Of a stretch of DNA of 64,000 nt, positions 48,621-60,544 are shown piece by piece. Every line of letters begins with the position of its first letter. Position 1 is the stretch's first letter. The position numbers and the translations under genes were made by a program. The DNA lies in NCBI RefSeq assembly GCF_032444005.1, contig NC_091287.1:64294001-64358000 (forward strand), read 5' to 3'. The stretch is from Ranitomeya imitator (lineage: Eukaryota). The notes beneath the pieces were generated by a model. It worked only from the letters and a program-made list of their open reading frames with translations. It was not told the DNA's origin and did no database searches.

Positions 48621-49681
48621 AACCTCTCTCCCTTCTTTCGCCCCAGGTCTTTCCTCGTGTGGGTCTATCTGTTGGACGGCCTCGGCCCGCTTTACCTGAT
48701 CCCCGAAAGGACTGACGAGTGTCATTCCAACGGTGCTTAAAGAAGGGGGGCGGAGGGAAATGCTTTTTCTTATCCGCCGCTTTTTCTAAAATTTCATCTA
48801 ATGCTTTCCCAAACAAATATTGCCCTTCACAGGGTACTGCGCCGAGCTTTACTTTTGACTGAAAGTCAGCATTCCAGTTTTTTAAGCACAAAGCTCTTCT
48901 GCCCGAATTGGAGAGGGCACCCACCTGGGCACGAAATCGTACTGAATCAATGGCGGCATCTGCCAGGAACCCCGCTGCATTTTGTAATGAAGGGATGACT
49001 TCCAGAAGTCTGTCTCTTGGACATTTGTCTTTTATTTGGTCGCTTAGCTCATCTAACCATGGCACGGGCAGTACAAGTAGCTTCTACCCCTGGTTTGAAC
49101 GCCCAAGTTGAAGCTTCCCAGGCTGATTTTAGAAAGGCATCCGCCTTTTTGTCAAGAGGGTCTGTTAAGGCACCCATGTCCTCGAAAGGAAGTGCTATGC
49201 CCCTCGAGGTACTTGCAATAGCTGCGTCTAGCTTAGGTGCCTTCTCCCATTTTTCGCAAATTTCCTCATCAAAAGGATATTTATGTTTTAGAGCCTGGGG
49301 AACTGAAATTTTCTTATTCGTTTTTTTCCATTCCTTTTTAATTAGTTTTAATATCATGAAACGGAAAAACTCTCCGTTTCCTCCCTTCCAGATTGCTGAA
49401 CAGAGTCCTGAACTGTTTGTTTTTCTTTTGGTGTTTCAACCCCCAGGTCTGACCAGTTTTAGCAACTTTCCCACATCTTCGGATAACACATACGGGCGAC
49501 CACACTCTTCATCTGAAGAGTCCAGTTCTGAGTCCTCCCGGGTGGTAGTTCTCCCGGTTCACCCTCAGATTCTATATCAGAATTTTGGGCAGGCGTAGAA
49601 GGCAGATTTACAGAGCTCTGCAACCCCTGTTATTTCAATTGCTCCTTCACTGTGTTTTGCACTTTGTCCCTAACAATAGCC
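48577..49681 (-). pseudogene. gag: DIRS gag, main part (N-terminal CxxC..CxxC part at ~54247-54400)
   Basis: KYPF..E..KWEKAPKLDAAI, LTDPLDKKAD, SNSGRRALCLKNWNAD, LFGKALDEI; VCALCHK...ICRPC lies on the other side of the insertion. Confidence 0.8.
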
Positions 49682-49685
49682 TTAA

Positions 49686-52600
49686 CCCCTTTACCCCCAA
49701 GGGTGGTTTGCACGTCAATGACCAGGCCAATTTTTACAATTCTGACCACTGTCCCTTTATGAGGTTATAACTCCGAAACGCTTCAACGGATCCTGGTGAT
49801 TCTGACATTGTTTTCTCGTGACATATTGTACTTCATGATAGTGGTAAAATTTCTTTGATAGTACCTGCGTTTATTTGTGAAAAAAACGGAAATTTGGCGA
49901 AAATTTTGAAAATTTCGCAATTTTCAAACTTTGAATTTTTATGCAATTAAATCACAGAGATATGTCACACAAAATACTTAATAAGTAACATTTCCCACAT
50001 GTCTCCTTTACATCAGCATAATTTTGGAACCAATTTTTTTTTTTGTTAGGGAGTTATAAGGGTTAAAAGTTGACCAGCAATTTCTCATTTTTACAACACC
50101 ATTTTTTTTTAGGGACCACGTCTCATTTGAAGTCATTTTGAGGGGTCTATATGATAGAAAATGCCCAAGTGTGACACCATTCTAAAAACTGCACCCCTCA
50201 AGGTGCTCAAAACCACATTCAAGAAGTTTATTAACCCTTCAGGTGTTTAATAGGAATTTTTGGAATGTTTAAATAAAAATGAACATTTAACTTTTTTACA
50301 CAAAAAATTTACTTCAGCTCCAATTTGTTTTATTTTACCAAGGTTAACAGGAGAAATTGGACCCAAAAAGTTGTTGTCCAATTTGTCCTGAGTACGCTGA
50401 TACCCCATATGTGGCAGTAAACCACTGTTTGGGCGCATGGGAGAGCTCGGAAGGGAAGGAGCGCTATTTGACTTTTCAATGCAAAATTGACAGGAATTGA
50501 GATGGGACGCCATGTTGCGTTTGGAGAGCCACTGATGTGCCTAAACATTGAAACCCCCCACAAGTGACACCATTTTGGAAAGTAGACCCCCTAAGGAACT
50601 TATCTGGATGTGTGGTGAGCACTTTGACCCACCAAGTGCTTCACAGAAGTTTATAATGCAGAACCGTAAAAATAAAAAATCATATTTTTTCACAAAAATT
50701 ATATTTTTGCCCCCAATTTTTTATTTTTCCAAGGGTAAGAGAAGAAATTGGACCTCAAAAGTTGTTGTCCAATTTGTCCTGAGTATGCTGATACCCCATA
50801 TGTGGCAGTAAACCACTGTTTGGGCGCATGGGAGAGCTCGGAAGGGAAGGAGCGCAGTTTGACTTTTCAATGCAAAATTGACAGAAATTGAGATGGGACG
50901 CCATGTTGCGTTTGGAGAGCCACTGATGTGCCTAAACATTGAAACCCCCCACAAGTGACACCATTTTGGAAAGTAGACCCCCTAAGGAACTTATCTAGAG
51001 GTGTGGTGAGCACTTTGACCCACCAAGTGCTTCACAGAAGTTTATAATGCAGAACCGTAAAAATAAAAAATCATATTTTTTCACAAAAATTATATTTTTG
51101 CCCCCAATTTTTTATTTTTCCAAGGGTAAGAGAAGAAATTGGACCTCAAAAGTTGTTGTCCAATTTGTCCCGAGTACGCTGATACCCCATATGTGGCAGT
51201 AAACCACTGTTTGGGCGCATGGGAGAGCTCGGAAGGGAAGGAGCGCCGTTTGACTTTTCAATGCAAAATTGACAGGAATTGAGATGGGACGCCATGTTGC
51301 GTTTGGAGAGCCACTGATGTGCCTAAACATTGAAACCCCCCACAAGTGACACCATTTTGGAAAGTAGACCCCCTAAGGAACTTATCTGGATGTGTGGTGA
51401 GCACTTAGACCCACCAAGGGCTTCAGAGAAGTTTATAATGCAGAGCCATAAAAATAAAACAAAATTTTTTTCCCACAAAAATTATTTTTTAGCCCCCAGT
51501 TTTGTATTTTCCCTAGGGTAACAGGAGTAATTGGACCCCAAAAGTTGTTGTCCAATTTGTCCTGAGTATGCTGATACCCCATATGTGGGGGGGAACCACC
51601 GTTTGGGCGCATGGGAGGGTTCGGAAGGGAAGGAGCGCCATTTGGAATGCAGACTTAGATGGAATGGTCGGCAGGCGTCACATTGCATTTGCAGAGCCCC
51701 TAATGTACCTAAACAGTAGAAACCCCCCACAAGTGACACCATTTTGGAAAGTAGACCCCCTAAGGAACTCATCTTGATGTGTTGTGAGAGCTTTGAACCC
51801 CCAAGTATTTCACTACAGTTTATAACGCAGAGCCATGCAAATAAAAAATATTTTTTTTTCCACAAAAATTATATTTTAGCCCCCAGTTTTGTATTTTTCC
51901 AAGGTTAGCAGGAGAAATTGGACCCTAAATGTTGTTGTCCAATTTGTCCTGAGTACGCTGATACCCGATATGTGGGGGGGAACCACCGTTTGGGCGCATG
52001 GGAGGGCTCGGAAGGGAAGGAGCATCATTTGGAATGCAGACTTAGATGGATTGGTCTGCAGGCGTCACATTGCGTTTGCAGAGCCCCTAATGTACCTAAA
52101 CAGTAGAAACCCCCCACAAGTGACCCCATATTGGAAACTAGACCCCTCAATGAACTTATCTAGATGTGTTGTGAGAACTTTGAACCCCCAAGTGTTTCAC
52201 TACAGTTTATAACGCAGAGCCGTGAAAATAAAAAATCTTTTTGTTTTCCCACAAAAATTATTTTTTAGCCCCCAGTTTTGTATTTTCCCAAGGGTAACAG
52301 GAGAAATTGGTCCACAAAAGTTGTTGTCCAATTTGTCCTGAGTACGCTGATACCCCATATGTTGGGGTAAACCCCTGTTTGGGCACACGGGAGAGCTCGG
52401 AAGGGAAGGAGCACTGTTTTACTTTTTCAACGCAGAATTGGCTGGAATTGAGATCGGACGTCATGTCGTGTTTGGAGAGCCCCTGATGTGCCGAAACAGT
52501 GGAAACCCCCCAATTATAACTGAAACCCTAATCTAAACACACCCCTAACCCTAATTCCAACGGTAACCCTAACCACACCTCTAACCCTGACACACCCCTA

Positions 52601-54242
52601 ACCCCAACCCTATTCCCAACTGTAAATGTAATCTAAACCCTAACCCTAACTTTAGCCCCAACCCTAACTGTAGCCCCAACCCTAACCCTAACCCTAGCCC
52701 TAACCCTAGCCCTAACCCTAGCCCTAACCCTAGCCCTAGCCCTAACCCTAGCCCTAACCCTAGCCCTAACCCTAGCCCTAATGGGAAAATGGAAATAAAT
52801 ACATTTTTTTTTATTTTTCCCTAACTAAGGGGGTGATGAAGGGGGGTTTGATTTACTTTTATAGCGAGTTTTTTAGCGGATTTTTATGATTGGCAGCCGT
52901 CACACACTGAAAGACCCTTTTTATTGCAAAAAATATTTTTTGCAATACCACATTTTGAGAGCTATAATTTTTCCATATTTTGGTCCACAGAGTCATGTGA
53001 GGTCTTGTTTTTTGCGGGACGAGTTGACGTTTTTATTGAAAACATTTTTGGGCACGTGACATTTTTTGATCGCTTTTTATTCCGATTTTTGTGAGGAAGA
53101 ATGACCAAAAGCCAGCTATTCATGAATTTCTATTGGGGGAGGCGTTTATACCGTTCCGCGTTTGGTAAAATTGATAAATCAGTTTTATTCTTCGGGTCAG
53201 TACGATTACAGCGATACCTCATTTATATCATTTTTTTATGGTTTGGCGCTTTTATACGATAAAAACTATTTTACAGAAAAAATAATTATTTTTGCATCGC
53301 TTTATTCTCAGGACTATAACTTTTTTATTTTTTTGCTGATGATGCTGTATAGCGGCTCTTTTTTTGCGGGACAATATGACGCTTTCAGCGGTACCATGGT
53401 TATTTATATCTGTCCTTTTGATCGCGTGTTATTCCACTTTTTGTTCGGCGGTATGATAATAAAGCGTTGTTTTTTGCCTCGTTTTTTTTTTTTTTTTCTT
53501 ACGGTGTTTACTGAAGGGGTTAACTAGTGGGACAGTTTTATAGGTCGGGTCGTTACGGACGCGGCGATACTAAATATGTGTACTTTTATTGTTTTTTTTT
53601 TTTATTTAGATTAAGAAATGTATTTATGGGAATAATATTTTTTTTTTTTTTCATTATTTTGGAATATTTTTTTTTATTTTTTTTACACATTTGGAAAATT
53701 TTTTTTTAACTTTTTTACTTTGTCCCAGGGGGGGACATCACAGATCAGTGATCTGACAGTTTGCACAGCACTCTGTCAGATCACTGATCTGACATGCAGC
53801 GCTGCAGCCTTCACAGTGCCTGCTCTGAGCAGGCTCTGTGAAGCCACCTCCCTCCCTGCAGGACCCGGATCCGCGGCCATCTTGGATCCGGGGCTGGAGG
53901 GAGCAGGGAGGGAGGTGAGACCCTCGCAGCAACGCGATCACATCGCGTTGCTCCGGGGGTCTCAGGGAAGCCCGCAGGGAGCCCCCTCCCTGCGCGGTGC
54001 TTCCCTGCACCGCCGGCACATCGCGATCATCTTTGATCGCGGTGTGCCAGGGGTTAATGTGCCGGGGGCGGTCCGTGACCGCTCCTGGCACATAGTGCCG
54101 GATGTCAGCTGCGATAAGCAGCTGACACCCGGCCGCGCTCCCCCCGTGAGCGCGGCCGATCGGCTATGACGTACTATCCCGTCCAGGGTCAGATAAGCCC
54201 AGGGCACCTCGACGGGATAGTACGTCTAAGGTCACAGAGGGG
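49686..54242 (-). mobile_element. Large non-autonomous piggyBac-like element, copy 2 (4.56 kb), inserted in DIRS gag
   Basis: TTAA at 49682 and 54243; reverse complement of 19755-23514 with six ~390-bp units. Confidence 0.85.
52524..52781 (-). repeat. Telomere-like tract (CCCTAA/CCCTAG) inside copy 2
   Basis: ccctaaccctagccctaa... read directly. Confidence 0.9.
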
Positions 54243-54427
54243 TTAATATTCTGGAGTAAAGATGATGACTCTTCAGTCAGTTTTCTCTATACATGGACGA
54301 CATATCCGCTTCTCATATGTCCTGGGAAGGCTCTTATGACAGAGTGCACATACTTTATTCCTTTGTTTAGAGGTAGCTTTCTTTCCCTGCATACATATAC
54401 AGAAAGACAATGTTACTGATATAATCT

Positions 54428-54665
54428 AGTAAGAAGGAACATAAACCAGCTCACCCGTGATTCAGCAACCAAACCTCGGGAGCACGGACCCGCTGTGTCC
54501 AGGTGTGCAAGATCCAAGATCATGATTAAGGGAGCCTAGTCTCCAGAAACGCGTTGAGATTCTTACCCATATGGTTGTGCTGAAGTCTGTATCCTCCATG
54601 TTTAAAGTTTGTTAATAAAGAAATCGCTTTTTTACGGACTCGGTGAAGCTGGACATTTCTTTCTT
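54428..54665 (+). mobile_element. Short Penelope-like retro-insertion in the DIRS 5' region
   Basis: 15-bp TSD ttactgatataatct (54413 and 54666); atgattaag-ggag..ctcc-agaaacgcgtt; AATAAA; end resembles 16977-17456. Confidence 0.65.
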
Positions 54666-55514
54666 TTACTGATATAATCTGCCTTACAAAGGCACTCACC
54701 CACCGGACCCTCAATACCATGACAGGCTGGGGAGAGAGGTACCACCCCATCTTTTATCTCCACTGCAGGTTTCCTGTTCCTGGGGGCAGAGCCATCTCTC
54801 ATGTATCGGTGCTGTCATGGGGAGGGGAAAATACTACATTCTTCAAGTTTTTATTGCCCATGTGGGAGAAGCAGATGACCGTGCAGCCTACGGTATATAA
54901 TGGTGGTTATAATGGATGCATCTGGCCCGCGGTGCTCCACTATTTCCAGGAACAATCTGCTCCCTTCACTGATGGGATATTTAAGAAGCAATGTCCAGTC
55001 AAGGTTCAAATGTAAAACTATTCATAAGGATTGTGCCCTTGATCACCGAAACCTAATCTACTTCTTCTATTACTTTCCTATTGTTATTACGATTCTGGCA
55101 ATCACATATTCTGCTTATTAAAGATTGCAGTGCTGCAGACTCACCCGTATTGGCTATTTTCATAGCTAGATCTAACAAGGAACATTAAAATAGATGTTAC
55201 ATTTACTGGCAGTGTTAATATAAAGCCCGATCTCAAAGGACAATAGACATTCTAGAATAGACGGACATTTTTTTTTTTTCATTTCAATGCAATTTTTATT
55301 AACTGCCGAAAGTTTCTCTAGGAAGAACAAAAGGATCTGGTGTTCATATTCACACAGTCCAATTCTGCTAATGTGTATGGGAGGAAACATTTATCTCCTG
55401 TTCACTGTAGTTGGCATAAAGCTCACACACCATGCTTTACTACAGATTATGCAGGAAGGTGGCATTTATAAAGGTAATGAAAACATTTCTAGTGATGAGC
55501 GAACGTGCTAAGAT

Positions 55515-57340
55515 CAGGTGCAAAATGAAGTCCGTCCATGTGTGACACCCCAGGAATCCGGTTGTCACAGTGGCACTTGCCTGCCTTCCGGGGAGGGTGA
55601 TGCCATGCCTGGTAGCGAGAAGGAGTCCCCTAAGCAGGTAACACTTACATACAACACTTTACTGACTCCAGGCCAGAAGGGGGGAGCTCTAGACCTGGTT
55701 TCAGGGTAGCTTCCCTATAAGTTCTGGTCTGGAGGAGTTAGAAGTCAGTCTGTGTGAGACAGTGAAGGGAAAGGAAGCATGTGAAGAGAAGAGAACTGGA
55801 GTGGAGCTGCGATTGGGCTCACTCCAGGATAGAGCGCAAGAAACCGGACACTGGAGTCTGATGTTGTGTAGGAACTGTATGCCCCACAGCAGAAACCAGA
55901 GGGCAAGAGATTGCAGGTCTTCAAGCCACAACTGACACCTGAAGGCACAGCAGCAGATTAGAGCCCGGAGGCACCACGAGAAAGAGACACCTGTAGAAAG
56001 GCTCGAGCTGCCTGCCATGCGGGTAGAGTTCCGCTCATCAAGAATACAGAATTCAGCGCAGAAAGGCTAGAGGGATTCTGAACCGCTTCCAGGCTGCACT
56101 GATTTCAAGATCACCTGTAATCTATGTACCTGACATTCATCAGTAAAAGATAAAGAGACTGCAATCCTGTGTCCTCCAATTATTTCCTGCATCCCAACAT
56201 CTACAACCCCTCCTAGTCTGTCCTCGGTAGCCCTGGGGCCTCCGCTCCACCTGTGGGGAGCAAAACCATTTAAGCTGCATCACCATCGGTCCCAGCGGAT
56301 CCCTTTGAGCAGTACCACAGGTGGCATCAGGAACATTACTACATTAGACTTTATTTGCCACTACACTTTATCCCCTTTAATTGGATGCCCAGGGCCACGG
56401 ACCGGGTCACTGCAGCCGTGACTTCCCCTTTAAGAACTGTGCGGACCCGGTACCGAGTATCTCATGGTCCTAGAGGGTGCTCCACATGCAAAAGCCAAGA
56501 GGTGGACATCCAGGCAAAATATCGGAGTTAATATATTGGCACATCACAAGATCTAACAGTTTTTGAGCGGCAAACATGTTGAAGTAGACAGTGGAGGTGG
56601 CTTGTATGCTCCGTAATAGTGAGATCACAGACGTCCATGCAAGCACCTTGCGACACACAATATCCAATTCTGGAATGGTGGTCTGAAAAAAGGTGAAGAA
56701 GCCTTGACTTCAATATTGTGTCAAGGTGTTTTGGTTCGAGTTTGCAAAAAAGTACGAAAAGTGGACAGTAGAATATTGGAAATGGGTGATTTGAAACTAT
56801 GAGATAAAAGTCAATGCTCTTTCCTCTGATGGGTGCAAATGGGTCTGGAATAAACAAGGGAAAAAGGGGTTAACGGATTGAGAAATTAAAGAAGCTGTCA
56901 AATTTCATCTAAGAAGCGTGATGTTATGGGGTTGTTTCACAGCCATAGGCATTGGATACTTGACCAAGATCGATGGTAATCTCAATGCGGGGCTGTATGC
57001 GAGTATCCTCTAAAACAAATTAGTTCATACATTCAAGTTCTATGGATATGAAAAGGACTATATAGTGTTTGAGTAGGACAACCCGAAGCATACGTCGAGA
57101 TTGGTGAAGAAATGGTTTCCCGGTCTTCAATCCAATCGAACGCTTGTGGGTAGAGCTGAAGAAAATACTGTATACATACCTAGATCAATCAACCAACTTT
57201 GGGAACGTGTAGAAGAGACCTGGGTTCAGATTTCAAATGAGACATGCTTGAATCTGATGGAGAGCATGCCCAGGAGGATTAAAGCAGTGCTGAAAGCCAA
57301 AGGTGGATCTACAAAATACTAACTAAATAATTAAAATTTA
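55515..57340 (+). pseudogene. Degraded Tc1-like transposase, split by the LTR
   Basis: QNEVRP|MQKPRGGHPGK; VMLWGCFT; DNPKH; C-terminus ESMPRRIKAVLKAKGGSTKY. Confidence 0.8.
55541..56484 (+). mobile_element. Solo LTR inserted in a Tc1 transposase remnant
   Basis: tgtgacacc...gtgctcca with CATG on both sides. Confidence 0.75.
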
Positions 57341-58078
57341 GATTTTTAGGAGCAAAACAGTAACAATGCAGTGACATGACAAGAATCTGCATAACTAATC
57401 ATATAGTAAATAGTTGCAAGTCAAATTTACATATGACATGGCCAAGATGATTGTCTATAAAATGATGGTAGTCACACATTTAAAGCAGTAGTGGATGGTG
57501 AGATACGGAGCCTGAAACTCAAAAGTTCACAGCATTGATACCCTTTTGCTCGTCAGTGTACCTCCCTTTGGTGAGCTCATGTGGGGACTGGTTGTGGGTT
57601 ATGCTGGGTCTTTCAGAATTTTATGAGATCCCCAACTTAAAGGATATTTTCACTCATGGAGGTCCCAGACAGTAGATATTATTGTCATGTTTATCGCAAT
57701 TTTCCTTAATATCGATATGAAACATCCATCAGAACGTTATTAATTTGGAGGGGTGCTGCCAACTTTACAGTGATGTGAGTGAATGCGTTATGTTTGTTCC
57801 TTTGCTACGACAATAAAAATATATCTCCCTTAAATATCGGTTTGATGCAGATTCCAATATTCATCACTGACCACTGGCTCCAAAAGGTCTAGGGAGCCAT
57901 GCTTTGATCAGAGGAAGCTTTTTGATTTGGAAATGTACTTCCCTGCCTCTGCGTAAACTAATCTTGGACTTTGTGTCTTTTTTACAGCAAATCTCTCTGC
58001 TGTAATTACCTGCTGGAGGCCCTTACTTCAATGGAGGTGGCAGGGTCAGCTCTCTCTCACTTTTCCTGTTTTAATTAG

Positions 58079-58738
58079 TCTCACGGGGTTACTGCAACAG
58101 TATGGAGCCAGAAGACTGCAGCGTCTGATCGCTGAGAAGAAGCACTTCTCCTTAATTTTAATGGTGTGTATTCCTTCTGGCAGAGCAGGGGTTAATCAGC
58201 CATATTGGAAATCTCTGTGCTTGCAGCTGAGCTCCGTTAGCAACTATTTTCCCATTTATAATCTAGTCTTTCATGCAAATCCTTGTCAGAGCTATCATTT
58301 GCTGCAGGGCTAACAGAGGGAGAGGTGTTCTTATGAGAAGGAGAGTTGGAGGAGTTATCTGTGACTGTTGCTTGGTTTGTATGTGTGGTAATTCCCTATC
58401 CTTCTCTATTTTGCTTTATTCCCCTACCTCCATGTCCCGATGCATTCCTCTGTTATATGTGGGTGAATATTTTGTTTGCCTGGAGTTTTCTGTTAACCCT
58501 TGTTTGCGTTGCCTTGTTTGTCGGGTTGGTGTACTACGGTACACGGTAGTGCCCCTCTTTCCTGGGTAGGGGAAGAGAACAGACTGAGGGCTGACTCAGG
58601 AGATAAGGCAAGTGTGGAGGCCCTGGCATCGTCACCTTCAGAAGTTTTCTGGGTAATAGGGAGAGCTAGGGCGCTTCCTAGTATTAGGGACAGGGAAGGA
58701 GCCCCTAGTCCCGGGTCATCCGACAGCTGTGTCATGAC
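58079..58738 (+). mobile_element. Solo LTR
   Basis: Ends gtgtcatgaca; homologous to 34062-34653 in reverse. Confidence 0.6.
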
Positions 58739-58847
58739 AATTAATCTCTTCACTAGTTATAATTAGTTCCACATGTTCAATGTGAGGATAAGTCCCCTCT
58801 CTGCAGGTGTCTTATGGATTTTTTTATTTTCCTTTGACAGGGGCCAA

Positions 58848-59124
58848 TACCTTTATTTATATTTTTTAATGTTATTGACCTATATTACACCATTAACTCT
58901 GTACCACTTTTACAGATATCGTCAGTGTCTCCATTGGGGCTTACAATCTAAATTCCCTATCAGTAGGTCTTTGGAGCGTGAGAGGAAACCAGAGTACCCG
59001 GAGGAAAACCATGCAAACACATAGAAAATATACAAACTCCTTGGCAGATGTTTTTGGTTGGATTTTAACTCAGGACACCAGTGCTGCAAAGTAACAGTGC
59101 TAACCACTGAGCCACCGTGCTGCC
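58848..59124 (-). mobile_element. V-SINE-like SINE
   Basis: Homologous to 23787-24126. Confidence 0.7.
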
Positions 59125-59899
59125 ATTTCCTTAAAAAGTCAGTTTGAGAGCATGTATCAATAAAATAAGATGCCATCACGCAAAGTATTTAAACTAAAGC
59201 CTGGGACAACTTTCTTGATGATTTTTATGTTTAACCCTTGGCATTCCTTAAGTTATAACTTTTTGATTTATGATAAAACTAAATCACCGTCACGAAGCAA
59301 TGCGGCATCTGTAGCCGCAACCTACGGAATAGCTCATTAATAAATATATCTTTAGATGTAACGAGCAATATGCGAATCATCGCGCAATTGAACTCGATCT
59401 TAATTTATTATGGCAACTTTGTATGTTCTGAAACGACTTCTAGATGAGCCGTTACTTTACATCTCTAGTCTGGATTATGTCCAGTTTTCGATGAACAAAA
59501 TTGCAAAGAAGTATTTGGCAGCCATATTACATTTATAAATCTGCTCACGAAATGGGATAAGTTTTGTTGTTAATGGAAAATGTGCACCTCATTTCCTGTT
59601 CATCATGCTAAAAATGTGACCTCCCGATCATATGAAATATTGCTATATCATTGTGCGATAAGAACATTTTCTCCAAAGAAAAGACTAAATGTAATGACAC
59701 CCGTGGGTGGAAACTTAATATAAAATAATTGTCATTTTCGAAAGGCCACATATTTCTCATACAGCAAGAGCCAGCACTGACAAGTAAATTTACTTACGGA
59801 TATTACAGATTTTTAGAAATGATGGTTATTATGCTGATGATAGATAGAAGAAGAAGAGCTCAAGACTTAGTAATGTGCAAAATAATAGCAGTGCGTTTA

Positions 59900-60360
59900 A
59901 AACAACTGGGAAAAAAGCTCAATCATTATAACATTTGTTTCCATATACACAAAGGCTCTGGAAGCTGCACATACAATTCCAAATGAAAATATATTTTTTT
60001 TAAACTGAAAATGAAGAAAAAAAGAATGATAGGCTGTATAAACAGAAATTTGTTTCCAGACTTAGCTTTTCTGTTAATCACTGAACTAACATTTAGTTGT
60101 ATAACCTTCATTTCTGATAACGGCTTTACATCTGTGTGGCATGGAGTCAACAGACATCTGACACCAGCGAACAGATATCCCAGCCCAAAATGACTGGACT
60201 ACATTCCACAGTTCTTTTACATTCTTAGGTTTTGTATAAAAAACTGCATTTTTGATGTCACTCCACAAATTTTCAATCAAAGTGAGGTCTGGGAAATGGA
60301 TTTCTTTACAAGTTTCCCTTCTCCAATAAACTTCTTTATCAAAGTTCTTTCTACTTCAGT
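59900..60360 (-). pseudogene. Tc1-like transposase C-terminal remnant
   Basis: IENLWSDIKNAV...ELWNVVQSFW...SMPHRCKAVIRNEGYTTK. Confidence 0.75.
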
Positions 60361-60544
60361 AAAATGTCTGGAACGGCCCATTGTACTCACTGAGTGAAGG
60401 CTAAGACCAGCAGCCACAACCTTTCCTGCCCTGCTTCTTTAAATAAGGGCCAGAATTGACATTTGTGTCTTCACAGAATGAATGACCTCAATTATTGAAC
60501 CCCCGCACTGCTATCAATTAGAACACCCTCCTTTCATTAAATGA

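Larger units (their letters stand above)
46355..54831 (-). mobile_element. DIRS1-type retrotransposon, internally deleted, with three nested insertions
   Basis: ITRs at 46355-46490 and 54728-54831; ICR at 46982-47068; gag, RT and RNase H remnants. Confidence 0.92.
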
